DNA of 64,000 nt from Octopus vulgaris. Lineage: Eukaryota. A program made the translations under genes and the position numbers. Position 1 is the stretch's first letter. Each line of letters begins with the position of its first letter. Positions 1 through 13,700 of the stretch are shown here, in pieces. The notes beneath the pieces were generated by a model. The model saw only the letters and a list, made by a program, of their open reading frames with translations. It was not told the origin of the DNA and searched no databases. The stretch lies in the NCBI GenBank assembly GCA_951406725.2, contig OX597814.1:155868001-155932000 (forward strand). The letters are read 5' to 3'.

Positions 1-2692
1 GTGCTTTCACTTCACTACCGAGCGCAGCTCTGTGTGCCTTGGGTATGTGCTGTGATTTTTTGTGATGCTCTGATGGTTATTGTATGGAAAGTGTTCTGCG
101 TAGGATGTGTGCAGTGCCTAGTAGTGCAATTTTTTGTATGTTATATGTGTTTGTAAGTCCTGGTGTTTTTGTTATGTATTTGTCTGAATATTTTTTTTAT
201 CATACCTAATGCACCTACTATGATAGGAATTGTTTCTGTTTTCAGATTCCACATTGTAGTTACCTCTATTTCCAGGTCTTTGTATTTTGAGAGTTTCTCC
301 ATTTCTTTTAGAGACACGTTGTCATCTGCCGGTATTAATACATCAATTAGAAAGCATTTTTTCTTCATGATCTCTGACAACTATATCTGGTCTGTTGGCC
401 TTAATTTCTCTATCTGTGTGTATCGGCATATCACAGAGTATGGTTGCTTTCTCGTTTTCTGTGACCTTTTCTGGTGTGTGCCTATACCATCTTTTTTCTG
501 TTGTTATTCCAAAATGTTGGCATAGCTTCCAATGCATGTAGGTTCCAACTCTGTCATGTCTGTGAATATATTCCGTCTTAGCCAGGACTGGGCAGCCAGG
601 GATAATATGATTTATTGTTTCTTGTCCATCTCCACATATTCTGCAGTTACTTGTTATATTTCTTTTCATTACATGTTTTTGGTAATTTCTGGTGGGGAGG
701 CTTTGCACATGCAATTAAAAATCCCTCTGTTTCTGCTTTGAGTCCTGAGCTTCTCAACCATTGCTGGGTTTTTTCTTTGTCTATTTCTTTTGCGTTTAGT
801 TTAGTCCAGTATTTACCATGAAGGGGCTTTTCTTGCCATCGTTTTATCATGGTTCGTTGCTGTTCTGTTTTTAGTTTGGATTTCATTTGTTTTATAGCTT
901 TTGTTGTTTCTTCATCTTCTTCTTCTTCTTCTTCTCCTTCATGTTTATTAGGTGGTATGATTTCTTGTTTGTATTTGTCAGCTTCCTTAAATACTGAGAA
1001 CAGTTTTTTGTTTTGCTCGTGTTTTGTCGCTATCTGGATCAGTTTTCCTTCCTTCTGAAGTAGGTATTTTTGCAGTCCTATGGTGGTTATTTTATAGTAG
1101 TTTTCCAGCTGTATAAGGCCTCTACCACCTTCTATACGTTGTATATATAGTCTTTCTATGTCAGATTTTGGGTGATGCATCCTAGATCCTGTCATTATTT
1201 TTCTTGTTTTCCTGTCATTATTTTCCTGTCATTATTTTCCTATCTATTTTGGTCAGTTCATTTCGTGTCCAGTTAAGGATATTGTAGCTGTAACTTATAA
1301 CTGGGACAGCTAAAGTGTTGATACCTATTATCTTGTTTTTAGCATTGAGCTCTGTTTTTAGTATTGATCTAACTCGTCTATAATATTCTTTTTTTATTTT
1401 CTCTTTCATTTGTGTGCGTTGTGTCTTATCTAGTTCATGGATTCCTAAGTATTTGTAAGTTTGGCTTTGGTCTAATTCTTTTATTTCATTGGTTTTATCT
1501 AGTGTGATGTTGTTACTCTTAACTAGTTTTCCTCTTTTCATGGTTACTTTGGCGCATTTTTCTAATCCAAATTTCATATCTATTTCTTTGGTAAATCCAT
1601 GAACTGTCTTTAATAGTGTTTCCAGCTGTTTGTCATTTGCAGCGTATAGTTTTAGGTCATCCATATATAAAAGGTGGCTGATCGTTTTGCCGTAACATTT
1701 ATATCCGCATCCAGTTCTATTTAGTATATCAGATAGAGGTGACAGTGCCAAGCAGAAAAGGAGTGGAGAGAGCGTGTCTCCCTGGAATATTCCTCTTCTA
1801 ATGGGGATGTCTTTGGTTTTCATGAGTCCCTCTTTTGTTTGGAGGTGTAGGACTGTTTGCCATTTATTCATAGAGTGCTCTATGAATTTTATGATTGTTG
1901 GTGCTACTTTGTTAATGGCTAGTGTTTCGAGGATCCATGTGTGGGGGATGCTATCAAACGCCTTTTTGTAGTCAATCCAGGCCATACTGAGGCCTTTCTT
2001 CTTTCTGTGGCTGTCTTCAGTTATGGCTTTATTAATCATTAGTTGATCTTTACAGCCATATGAGCCTTTGCTGCATCCTTTCTGCTCTTCTGGGAACAGT
2101 TTGTTTTCGTCCAGGTGCTTGTTCAGCCTATGCGATATCACTGCAGTAAATGCCTTGAACATAGTAGGGAGGCAGGTTATTGGTCTGTAGTTTTCTAGTT
2201 TTTCTGTTTCATTTGATTTGGGAATTAAGATGGTTTTCCCCTTCGTGAGCCATTCAGGCATTGTCTCTGGCTGTGCTAGTATGTTGTTAAAGTTTTCAGC
2301 CAGCTTTTTGTGCATTCCTGTTAGATATTTCAACCAGAAGTTGGGGATCTTGTCATGCCCAGGTGCCTTCCAGTTGCTTAGTCTTTTCAGTGCGTGGGTG
2401 ACCTCTTCAGTTGTTATGGGGGTCCAAAGTTGTTCAGATGCCGAGTTTGTTATTTTGATACTCCTTTTTTTGGTTGTTCGTTTGCCGACCATATTTCTCT
2501 CCAGAATTCTTCCAATTCTTCTGCCGTTGGTGCTGCAGTGACTTCTATTTTATTTTTGCCCAGTTCTTGGTAGAACTTTTTGGGGTTGGAGTTGAACTTT
2601 TTGTTTTGTTCAAAGAAGCGTTGGCGTTTCTCGTACCGGCGGATCCTTTGTGCTTTGGCAAGGATATCTTGATTCAGCTTTTCTTTTATCTC
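1..2692 (-). mobile_element. 5'-truncated non-LTR retrotransposon, R4/Dong clade (RT + restriction-like endonuclease); 3' end runs off the window start
   Basis: Minus-strand ORF pieces give RT motifs (WKAPGHD, NYRPITCL, WIDYKKAFDS, RGIFQGDTLSPLLF, HLLYMDDLKL, YKYLG), a CCHC knuckle (CRICGDGQETINHIIPGC) and an RLE (RPDIVVRD...CFLIDV...KLSKYKDL). The 5' junction abuts (TAA)n at 2693, the known Dong target type. Confidence 0.93.
77..2692 (-). pseudogene. Disrupted RT-RLE ORF of the Dong-like element
   Basis: Reads EIKEKLNQDILAKAQRIRRYEKRQRFFEQN... from 2692 to ...IQKIALLGTAHILRRTLSIQ* (stop 77-79). Frameshifts at about 2465, 1210-1237, 705, 360 and 195. Longest open piece is 1218-2492. Confidence 0.9.
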
Positions 2693-2720
<28 letters not shown>

Positions 2721-2724
<4 letters not shown>

Positions 2725-2828
2725 TAGTTTTATTTTTATAGCGTGCTTTCACTTCACTACCGAGCGCAGCTCTGTGTGCCTTGGGTATGTGCTGTGATTT
2801 GTTGTGATGCTCTGATGGTTATTGTATT
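2721..2828 (-). mobile_element. Second, extremely 5'-truncated Dong copy (3' UTR only)
   Basis: 2743-2826 is a near-identical repeat of 1-84. On the minus strand it ends AATAAAACTACTG then (AAT)n, and it is flanked by TAA repeats on both sides. Confidence 0.9.
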
Positions 2829-2885
2829 ATTATTATTATTTTTAGTATTATTATTATTATTTTTATTTTTATTATTTTTATTTTT

Positions 2886-2966
<81 letters not shown>
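2826..2966. repeat. (TTA)n/(TAA)n microsatellite (also 2693-2720 and 3148-3222)
   Basis: Direct inspection. Confidence 0.95.
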
Positions 2967-2967
2967 T

Positions 2968-3148
2968 AAGGCGGCGAGCTAGCAGAATGCTCAGTGCCAT
3001 TTCATCCGTCCTTACATTCCGCCGAGGTCGGCTTTGCCTTTCATCCTTTCGGAGTCGATGAAATAAGTACCAGTTACGCACTGGGGTCAATGTATTCGAC
3101 TATCCCCTACCCCATATTTTCAGGCTTTGTGCCTACAGTTGAAAAGAT
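2968..3148 (+). mobile_element. SINE family A (tRNA-derived head, core ...CTTTGCCTTTCATCCTTTCGG...), internally deleted
   Basis: Shares its core with 3975-4198 and the 30.7-34.1 kb copies; (ATT)n tail. Confidence 0.8.
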
Positions 3149-3171
3149 TATTATTATCATTATTGTTATTA

Positions 3172-3222
<51 letters not shown>

Positions 3223-3974
3223 TCCATTTTTAATTTTGGAACACTTATTTAATAAATTGTAATTTCGATAAAGGGTCAATTGTGCTTCCTCGCTACATAA
3301 GTTGCAAACCTTCCGATCGCTCATGCAATGATGGGTATATTCCATTTAATATTAAAAGAAATACTCTCATCCTTCAAGCTGTAAAGAAAGACTTGAATAT
3401 TTTCTAGTAGAAATAATAAAAACAGAAAGATTGGAGATGTGGATCATATCTATGTATAAAAGCATTTGCATACATTCTTGTCTAAACTTCACTATTTTTC
3501 GATGTTGTTATTCTATATTTCTATACTTTGCCAAGCACAATATCTAGGGCAAGATCTAGAATCAATTTAATTACAATAGGTGTGGGGGGGTAGTATGATA
3601 ATAAGTTTGATATAATCTTTCCATGTTACCTGTAACTTTATTACGGGCTAAATTGTGTGGAATAAAATAATTTCACAGTATCTTTTTTTAAATGTTAAAT
3701 TGGGGGAGAACATTATTTCTATGAATAAAGGAGAAAATTTTACGTGTTTTCGTTTATGATTTAATGTTTTGGAATTTACGATTATGCAGTATTTTAATAT
3801 TTATTCTCCCACTCACACATTTTTTTGTTCACTTTCTCTTTCTGTGTATATGATCTTGTGTGTCTGTGTATCTATATATGTATCTGTGTACACAAGTGAA
3901 TGCACACGTGTACGTTCATATCACTTTTCCTCTCTCCCTCCATTTTATACTGTACATACATGCACATTTCTATA

Positions 3975-4196
3975 TAGCTGGCAGAAACGTTAGCACGCCG
4001 GGCGAAATGCGTAGCCGTATTTCGTCTGTCGCTACGTTCTGAGTTCAAATTCCGCCGAGGTCGACTTTGCCTTTCATCCTTTCGGGGTCGATTAAATAAT
4101 TACCAGTTACGCACTGGGGTCGATATAATCTACTTAATCCGTTTGTCTGTCCTTGTTTGCCCTCTCTGTGTTTAGCCCCTTGTGGGTAGTAAAGAA

Positions 4197-4198
<2 letters not shown>
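3975..4198 (+). mobile_element. SINE family A, first monomer of the dimeric form
   Basis: A-box-like AGCTGGCAGAAACG, B-box GAGTTCAAATTCC and core. The tail matches the linker in the dimers at 33521-34098. Confidence 0.85.
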
Positions 4199-4994
<796 letters not shown>

Positions 4995-6168
4995 ACAAAG
5001 GGAGGAAAGAAAACAGTAAGAGAACAAGAACATACAATATGAGGCCAATAAGAGAAGGAGACAGGGAATAGAGCAATAGAGAGCAATTGATGACAGACAG
5101 GCTGAAACAAAAAGATAAATGGGAACGTGAATTTATTATCTCAAAAAATATTTCGACACGTGTCAACACTTATAATCTCATAGATGTAGAAAGTGAAAGT
5201 AGTAAATTACAACGGAAAAATAAATCGAAAAATACAATAAATAAGCGAGCGAGAGAGAAGAAGCAGAATCGTAATAGAAAATAAAGATCAGGTGAAGTGC
5301 AGACATATGAAAAGAACATAGTGATATTGTCCAAATATAATAAATTAGTTCGAAGACGAAAATAGCTTATGGAAGGAGAGCTTAATAAACACAGAATCAA
5401 TATTTTGAATAATTGCTGAAAATGAAGAGACTGATTAATCAGAATATGTTACATAAAATTAGAGCGGGATCTGAATTCTTTTTTTCCCTGAGTAAAGAAA
5501 GATCACGTTCAATTGTCTTTAAAAAGAGGAAGAACAACATGGAGTCGATCTGTTGATTTAATTAATTTCCTAAAAGAAAAGAGGTACGTAAGATTAATTT
5601 TAGAAATATAATGAGTGCTTGTTGGCATTGGAAAGCTGTAAAATATCGTGAGTCAATTTTCTGATCATTGTTCGTTTAGAGATTGGTAATTTTATTAAGA
5701 AAGGCATAAACAACGTAATCTCATTTTATCTATACAGCTTGTGTGTGTGTGTGTGTGTGTGTTTGTGTTTCCAATAGCTGACGTCATAAAAGTTTTGGTG
5801 GGATGTAGTTTCAAGCTTTTATTAAAACTATAGCTCTAAATTAAGAATCTTTATATATCACTCGATCTCAATAGCACTGAAAACTCTCTCCAATCTTTAG
5901 ATTGTAAGGGTAGATTATATAATGTATGTATGGTACTGGAAAAAAGTAGATTATCAACTATAATGACTTATGAATAGTCGGTCAGCGCTTCCCTGGGCTA
6001 ACAAGGCATACAAGATCAATCCTTCCCCATTCTTCTTTCTTATATTCAATGTTTGTAATTTCTGTATGTGTCAGCAAAATTGACAGGCACGAAATATATC
6101 AATACTACTTGAATAACATTTGTTACGAAACGTAAATTCCTGAAGAGTTAAAAAATGTTACAACATTC

Positions 6169-6206
<38 letters not shown>

Positions 6207-6639
6207 GCGCATACATGAAAATGGATTTCTTTCGTCTCATTTTAGAGACATTATATATTAGGGGATACAAAACAAGTTGTTTTAATTTTTATTTCTATAA
6301 AAACCTCGCCAAAGCTTACAAGTATACGTATGTAGAAGAAAATTTTCCTGAAATTGAGAGATGATTCGCATGCATGCAATACAAGTAAATTCATGGTTGA
6401 GTATATCAATAAAAAATATGTACAGTCCATCTAAGGGTTATCTTTACGTGATATACCAAATTTGACGCTCAGTGGGATATGATCATGATATTGTAACTGA
6501 AAAGCATCGTTCTTAGTTATACGACATTCCTTCTCGCACCTACTAGTTACATGTATGAGATGATTTTCCCTTTGATGGGATGAGATCAATGAGAAGTAGC
6601 TATGACCTACGCAAACCTTCCTAAATGAGTGAAATCGAT

Positions 6640-7170
6640 ATCGGTAATGGTCCTCCCAAACCATTGTATAATAACACCTGTAAGAAATATTTGGGCAGGG
6701 AGGAAATCTAACAGAGCGATGGCATTAGAAAGGAAATGCTAGTGCGGGAGATAGAGGGTTGGATACAGCAAGTGTGAAACGGAGGGAGATTAGTGTAATA
6801 GAAAATGCCTGAGCGGAGGTGTCATGAGCTCGGCTAGCTCCAAGTGCAAACGCTATTATAATAGCGATGGAAAAGTAAGAGACAGGAGATAACACGCCTG
6901 TCAGCCTGAAAGTAAGTGTACGTGTTTTTTTAAGAATCAGTCGGTTGTCACTTTTCTCAATGTCTCTGTGTGCAGCAGTAGCATCACGGATCCAGATGCA
7001 AGAGCAGTACTCTAATGTAGAGCTGATATAAACTTTGTGGAGCAACAGCAATTGAAAGGAGCTGAAATATTTCCTTGCCTTGAAGAAAAGAGCAATCAAT
7101 GTCGGTCAGATTGTGTTAAGAATATGCTAATGCGTTTTTGCCAGAAGGGATCTTCGGTTATGATTAAATA
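6640..7170 (-). mobile_element. Degenerate LINE RT C-terminal fragment (CR1/Jockey-like)
   Basis: ORF 6725-7099 ARKYFSSFQLLLLHKVYISSTLEYCSCIW resembles the LxLYKxxIRPxLEYCSxIW post-RT motif. Confidence 0.65.
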
Positions 7171-7668
7171 TAACAATAAGATATAACAATAATGGTTATA
7201 GTTCAGTGATGTTTTGCATTAAAGCAGGGTGTGCTGCGAATAAGATATTTTATTCAAATAGCGTTTATTTTTTCTTGGTGTTGAAGGAATCAAGGCTAGC
7301 TTGTCTCTATTTGGGGATGTTTCAAAGTTTCTTTTCATGTATTGAGTATGTGTGCTTCATATTTTCTCTTTTACAGAGTGGTAACGCAAAACGCTATTCA
7401 AATTTCACTTAAAAGCTGAAGGACACATTGGTTAATATCTTTATTGTACAAAATATCCAATTCGTGGTAACTGGAAGACTTCTGATTATAGGACTGACAT
7501 TAAGATGAATATAACTGCTTTGTCCAGTTTCTTTGCTATATAAATTAAATGCTTGAAAATCAGAAATATTGGAAACAAATTATATATTAAGGATGTTTCA
7601 TTAAAATAACGTAAAAATTAAATACTTAGAAATATTAATTATATATTTCTAGTAATGTAAAACCAATT

Positions 7669-7918
7669 GTGGAGGCGTGTGGCTTAGTGGTTAGGGTTTC
7701 AGCATCGTAAGATTGTGGTTTCGATTCCTAGACCGGGTGACGCGTTGTGCTCTTGAGCAAAACACTTCATTTCACGTTGCTCCAGTACACTCAGCCGGCA
7801 AAAATGAGTAACGCTACGATGGACTGGCATCCTGTCCAGCTGGGGAACACTTATGCCATTGAAACCGGGAAACCGGGCCCATGAGACTGGCTAGGCTTTC
7901 AAAGGGCGTATTTTTTTA
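7669..7918 (+). mobile_element. SINE family B (tRNA head + CORE-like), full length
   Basis: A box TGGCTTAGTGG, B box GTTTCGATTCC; 15-bp TSD AATGTAAAACCAATT at 7654-7668 and 7919-7933. Confidence 0.9.
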
Positions 7919-8099
7919 AATGTAAAACCAATTACAACATATGGAAACATAATTGCAGTGCAAACATGAATTATATGAAAAATTATATGAAAAGAGCGAT
8001 AATTTCCGTACGGCGTCGCAAGTCATTATCTTTCTATTGGCAGTTATAATAATTTTTTAATGAAAAAGATATTCAAATAGTAAGTGATCATAATTTAGG

Positions 8100-8290
8100 T
8101 AGACAACCAGTAATATTGAGAACAAGATGTTTGCCGATACCACCGGCGCTAGTGTTTGATTGGTACTTAGTCCAACCTGGAGAAATGAAAGGCAAAGTTG
8201 GGCTCTCTAGGATTCGATCCCAAAACGAAGAGATCTGTAAGAAATACCACAAGGTATTGTCCAACGTTCTAACAATCCTGCCCATCTTCC
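8100..8290 (-). mobile_element. Degenerate SINE family A
   Basis: TGGTACTTAG...ATGAAAGGCAAAGT is the reverse complement of the family A core. Confidence 0.55.
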
Positions 8291-9482
8291 ACCCTAGAAA
8301 TATTACTGAATTGACAATGAAAAACTTTTGCTTGTTTTCATTCTTTAAATTTGTTTTCACACTTTAGATTATATGTATTAAATTCAGGGCGCAATTAGCT
8401 AATATATAACTCCATGTTAGTCTTGGTCCATCAGATACGTGAGCTAAGGTAATCCAGGCGTGACTATTCCATCGTTTCAGTTATGAAAGACTATATAACC
8501 TAATGTGAAGTAACCAGTTTGAAAATTGCAGTGTGCGAACTGCGGGAGGTTTGGAATGTGGTTAATACACCTGCCAAATTTCCCTCATATCAGAGAATCT
8601 ACTACTCTATTGTTAACAACTGGAAAATATTTGTTAAAGCAACAAGGTTTCAATCAAATTATTTCATCTCTTTGAGAGCGGTGGCGTGTGGCATAATGAT
8701 TTGGGTATTGGATTCATGATTGTAAGATCTTTGGTTCAATTGCCTCAGATTGGATGGCGTACTGCGCTCTTAGTCATGTTACTTCCTTTTGATGACTCTT
8801 AAACACACTCGGCTCAAAATGAGAACGAGTGGCTTATGAAGGCTGCCAACGTTATAACGGGGAGAATGTCTTAAGGTTTGCAGTTCTCATGTATGTATTC
8901 TAGCATTCAGTGAGCTAAACACAAAAGCTGCAATATTTTCCAGCTTCATGGGAGTCACATTAGATCGAAAAACACATTAACTTTTGAAAAATGCTTAATT
9001 TATGCAAGTACACTTGTACTTCCCGAAAGAAATATGTTCTCTGTCATACGCCAAAAGAAGCTATTATTTTAATATAGAATATCTTTTTTTTAATTTCCGA
9101 ACGCATTTTTCTCTTTCGAAAATAAATGCTTTATTTTGTACAGTGGTTCATTTTAACAAACATATTTACATTTCAATCTGGCATTTTTTATATTATGGTA
9201 TTTTTTCCAAATTTAGTATCTAATTTAGTATTTCAAAACCATAATACAAATCCAAATATTTGCTGATTAATTAACTTTTTAAAGAATCTCTCTCTAATTA
9301 GAAACGAGTTTTATCCTAGAGAAATGTTTTTTTTTAAGTATTAATTCATTTCGATAATGATGAGATACTAATGAAAATATAAACACTCACTATTTTTATA
9401 TAAGAAAAGAATGGGAAAATTATGGGGTTTTTTAATTAATGATTTGTGCTATAGATTGTATGCTAAGGTCTTATTAATATTA

Positions 9483-9690
9483 GGGAGAGTTTACGAAAAA
9501 TACAAGAGACGAAGTCAGGTAGTGTACAAAACAAATAGATGTATTAGTATAACGTTCAGGAATAGAAAAAGTCTTTTACGTTTCGAGCCTACGCTCTTCT
9601 ACAGAAAAAAACAAGGAGAGAAAAAAATGTGTGTAGTGGCTAACGATCTATCATGGCGACTAGTGCCGGACAGAAGGGTCAAACACGATG
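9483..9690 (-). mobile_element. Probable Penelope-like terminal-repeat fragment with hammerhead-like motif
   Basis: Minus strand CTGTAGA-A-GAGC-GTAG-GCTC-GAAACGT at about 9578-9604. Confidence 0.5.
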
Positions 9691-9869
9691 AGGAAAGTAT
9701 TATTACACGAAGGTTATACAAAAAGTAACGCAAAAATGGTTGTAACATATTTATCGAATGATACAGGTCGCGCAAATTGCATAACTGCGTGCGTGTGTGT
9801 GTACATGTGTATGTGTATGTGTCATTGTCCTTAGTAACACTTTGACCCTCCCCTCAAGCACGTTCCCCA

Positions 9870-10480
9870 GCCCATATTCGCCAACACAGACAATGTATTT
9901 GCACCCTCGTGAAACACAGTTATTGAATCCTCTGTGAAAAATTGCAGATGAGCATTGCGGTACCAACCTCTTCACATCCACTTGCACTCTGTCTGTACCA
10001 TCAAATCGTTATCCTCGAAGGCTGTACTATATTGTTTCAAACAAGCAGAAGACTGAGGGTCAAAGATTCAGGCTGTACGATAGATGTGGGAGGGATCCGA
10101 CCAGCTCAGTTTGTCACTTGCTTGATTTGTTACCAAAGACGTGTGCAGTCACACAATATCATGGTGAAAGAGTATCGTTTTCATATAGTGCTTTGATCTC
10201 TTCCTCCTAACGACTTCTTTAAGCTTTCTATTTGTCTCGATGTATCCATCACTGTTTACAGCGCAGGTACCTTCAACAGACTGCAGGAAAATATAACTCT
10301 TGTTACTATAAAACCGGTCGCCATGATATTCTGTGTTTAGTACGGACTGTTGAACCTCTTCGGCCTTTAAGGAGAGGTGCGATGTCATTCCATGGACTCA
10401 AACATTGTTTCTGGATCATAAAGATACGCTCACCTACCATCCTGCCATTATATTGGCTTCTTTGTCTTGAATGGTAATTC
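9870..10480 (-). mobile_element. Heavily decayed mariner transposase fossil
   Basis: Minus frame reads LPHLSYSLNL*PSVFCLFETI*YSLRG*RFDGTDRVQVDV...FHRGFNNCVSRGCKYIVCVGEY, matching the mariner LPHPPYSPDLAPSDF...RGIxxLxxRWxKCIxxxGEY C-terminus. Confidence 0.7.
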
Positions 10481-10630
10481 AGCTTATATATTCTATAAAA
10501 TTGTTTCGTGTTTCTCACTTATCCCGAAATATTTAACCTTTTTGTGTTAGTATATATTTGAGAAATATTTCGCTTATTTAAAAGTAGAAATCTATTACTC
10601 TATCAGTATGTCTGTATGGTTGTCTCTCTC

Positions 10631-10667
<37 letters not shown>

Positions 10668-10668
10668 G

Positions 10669-10705
<37 letters not shown>

Positions 10706-13700
10706 AATAAAATAATATATCTCAATCAAACCTTTATATCCCGAGTTAATTACGTACCCAATATTATGTTTTAATTGTTATTCATATATATATATATATA
10801 CGTCTGTGTATGTGCGTGTATGTGTGTGAACGTGTATTTCCGATTGATAGAGGAGAGGTAAACAAGACATTGGCCAACAAATGTTTGGATAAAGTTCGAG
10901 TAGTCTAGAAACTAATGTGATTATATCTGTTTTCTAATGACAAAATGAGTAAGTAGCGAAGCTGAAATTGTATGTTTACTAACAAAATTATATATTTACT
11001 ATTAACATAAAACGTTCTGTAGTTTACCATGGATTTAAAAGATGCTGCCAGTGAATAGAACCGTTATGCAAATTTGACGGACGATTTTAGCCAGCTACTC
11101 GTTTGAATGCTATAAAATAACTAACTTATCAATGGGTACATAACGGGTATTCGTTTTCTGATGCAGAAGACTAAATTCTAATAATGTAGAAACCACAATA
11201 TCATCTATAGATTGATAGTCTATGATTTAACCATTGTTACTATTACCAATATTTAAAAAATAACGCACATTTCAAATTATGCAGAAATATAGAATAGTGT
11301 GCTAAGAAATATGTGTTATGTATATCTCTAATAAAACAAATAGAATATGAAGTTTTTTCACTCTGTCATTGTAACTCAATTATATCTTTTAAAATGTAAT
11401 TTGAAAGCTATTTGTTAATTACTTACGCTGGATTTAACTAATGATGTAATTAATAACTTGTAAAATTTCACATAAAAATTTATAACATTTCATCAAAAGT
11501 ATGACAGATGTTGAAGAAAGCACCTCAGTGGTAGATCAAGCATAAAGTATTATCATTAGCAGCAATGTTGCAATTAAGTTTTCAAACTTTCACTATCACT
11601 GTTTCATTTTAAAATCAAGGAATCCTTTATCATTTACAACCAAACAGTAAAATCCAATTAGATATTTGGATAGCATCCTTCATAACTTAGTATGTGTATA
11701 CTCCTTACGTCACTAACTTGTTTTTCATCCCCATTTAGAAATACAAAATACACGTAAATCGACGCTAGAATTTATAGCAGTAGACATGCTTTTAAAAGAA
11801 CTTATTTGCGTTCTTCAATTGAAACCTTTGTTTCAAAAATGTCATATTCGCCTCATAAACAGTCAGTGTCTAGAACATTTTATATGCTTTTTTTTTTTAT
11901 TCATCAGTAAATACAATCAGTTTTTCTTTCATGTCGATTGCATGATATTTGTTCTTGACTTTACATTGCCAAAGTAAATTTTGATTTTATCATTCTTTTA
12001 TTGAGTTTCATTTCCATAGAAAGTGATGCACTGTTATGAAAAGAAATATCAATACCATACTAAGGGAACTGAAAGAATTTTATCAGGCACTTTCGCTTTC
12101 ATGAAAATCCCAGAAGGATGACAGTTTCCATCATAAAATTGACCCCGTGATATTGACCTCGTTATTGAGTTTTGTCACAATAAAAGATGTGAATGAAGAT
12201 GTAAAAGAATATTACGCTCTTCTTATTCTATTCAATAAAACTGCCCTTCCATCTTGTTTTAATCAATACTAATTGAAACATAACATTAAACTGTTGAAAT
12301 GCTAATGGTAGAGAAATAAGCTAAAGCTATTTCTTTTTATTTGAATGGAATGTACGGCTGGAAAGTTTTACACAATAAAAGAAACTGAATGCCAATGTAT
12401 AAATAATAAATGAATTTAAACTTTTCTCAAAATGTGCCCTAGGTTATATCAATTAGCCAATATGTCAATAAATGTACACCGAAATCGCACTAAACTAAAT
12501 TATTCTTGGGTATTTATATCAATTATGCGATGCTAATAATAGTATAAAGTTTTGAAAGAATTTTATCAGCTAAATATATAAATTCTTTTAAGCAAACCGC
12601 TGGCATATAAAAGAAAACAAGAATGCATTTCAAAACATTGACCAAACAAGAATGACACTTTCACTGAGGAATGCTGGTAATTGTAGGGTGTTGTTATTTA
12701 TTTTTCGATCCAAGCAACATTTATTCCATACATTTATATATGCATTTAAACGCTGCCTCTGCTTAATATCAGAACAAATAGAAATGATTGGTTGATTTTC
12801 ATCCAGGAATAATCTATTGTGTACTTTCAAATGGTGTAGTAGCGTATTTATATTGAAATTTCACTTAGTTTTCAGATGATAGCTCTATTTTGGAAACGTT
12901 CGTTAAATGTAACACATCAGTGCTAATAAATCTCAGAAATCATTCTATTTATTTAATTTTATTCTATATAACAATTTTGAAACTCAAATACACATTAAAT
13001 CCTTGTAACTCCAGTTTAAGATTTCTTATTCGCCGATGGTTGTGAGCCTTGAAACTTAGACAGTGCAAGATATTAAGAAAACAATGTGTAATTTCTATTT
13101 TTTCGCAGTTCTTACAGAATTTAAATAATCTTGAAGAAAAACTAAATGATGTTTTCAACTGTCTCAAGTGAGACGTGAATGGAGACCAGCGTAATACTTT
13201 AAAGAACCAAACTTAATATAGGAATTTTATTTTTGTAACTTGACAGCTAGTTCCCCAAATGATAGATTTCTATACTCTTTGAACAAATTGAGAAAGGAAA
13301 AGACCATTGGGATACCGGAAAAATTGTCTGACTTAACAGAAATTTACCCTTAAGCTTTACATCACCATTTTCTTGCTAGACTCATTAGACCTGGACGCCT
13401 TATCAATTGTACATGAAAATTAAAAATCAGCCAGTAATCCTTTACATAGATAAGCTAGTAATAACGTGCTGTCTTGTAATTGAAGCGTATCTGATTATCA
13501 TAAGTGATGTGTTGGTCATGTAATCAACCTTGAGGATTTCTAGCTTCTAAGAGGAATTAGCTCAGGAAAGCCAATTTTGTAACGCTGGATATTCGCGCTG
13601 TTTATAGAGAATATCTCGCACAGAACAGCTGAAATTTACGCTTTGTAACAAGCACAATCTGCAATTTGAGGAAACTGAAATTATCCTTCATATGTATTAT

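Noticed and set aside
163-2982. Plus-strand ORFs overlapping the Dong element
   Set aside because: Antisense shadows of the RT ORF or TTA repeats
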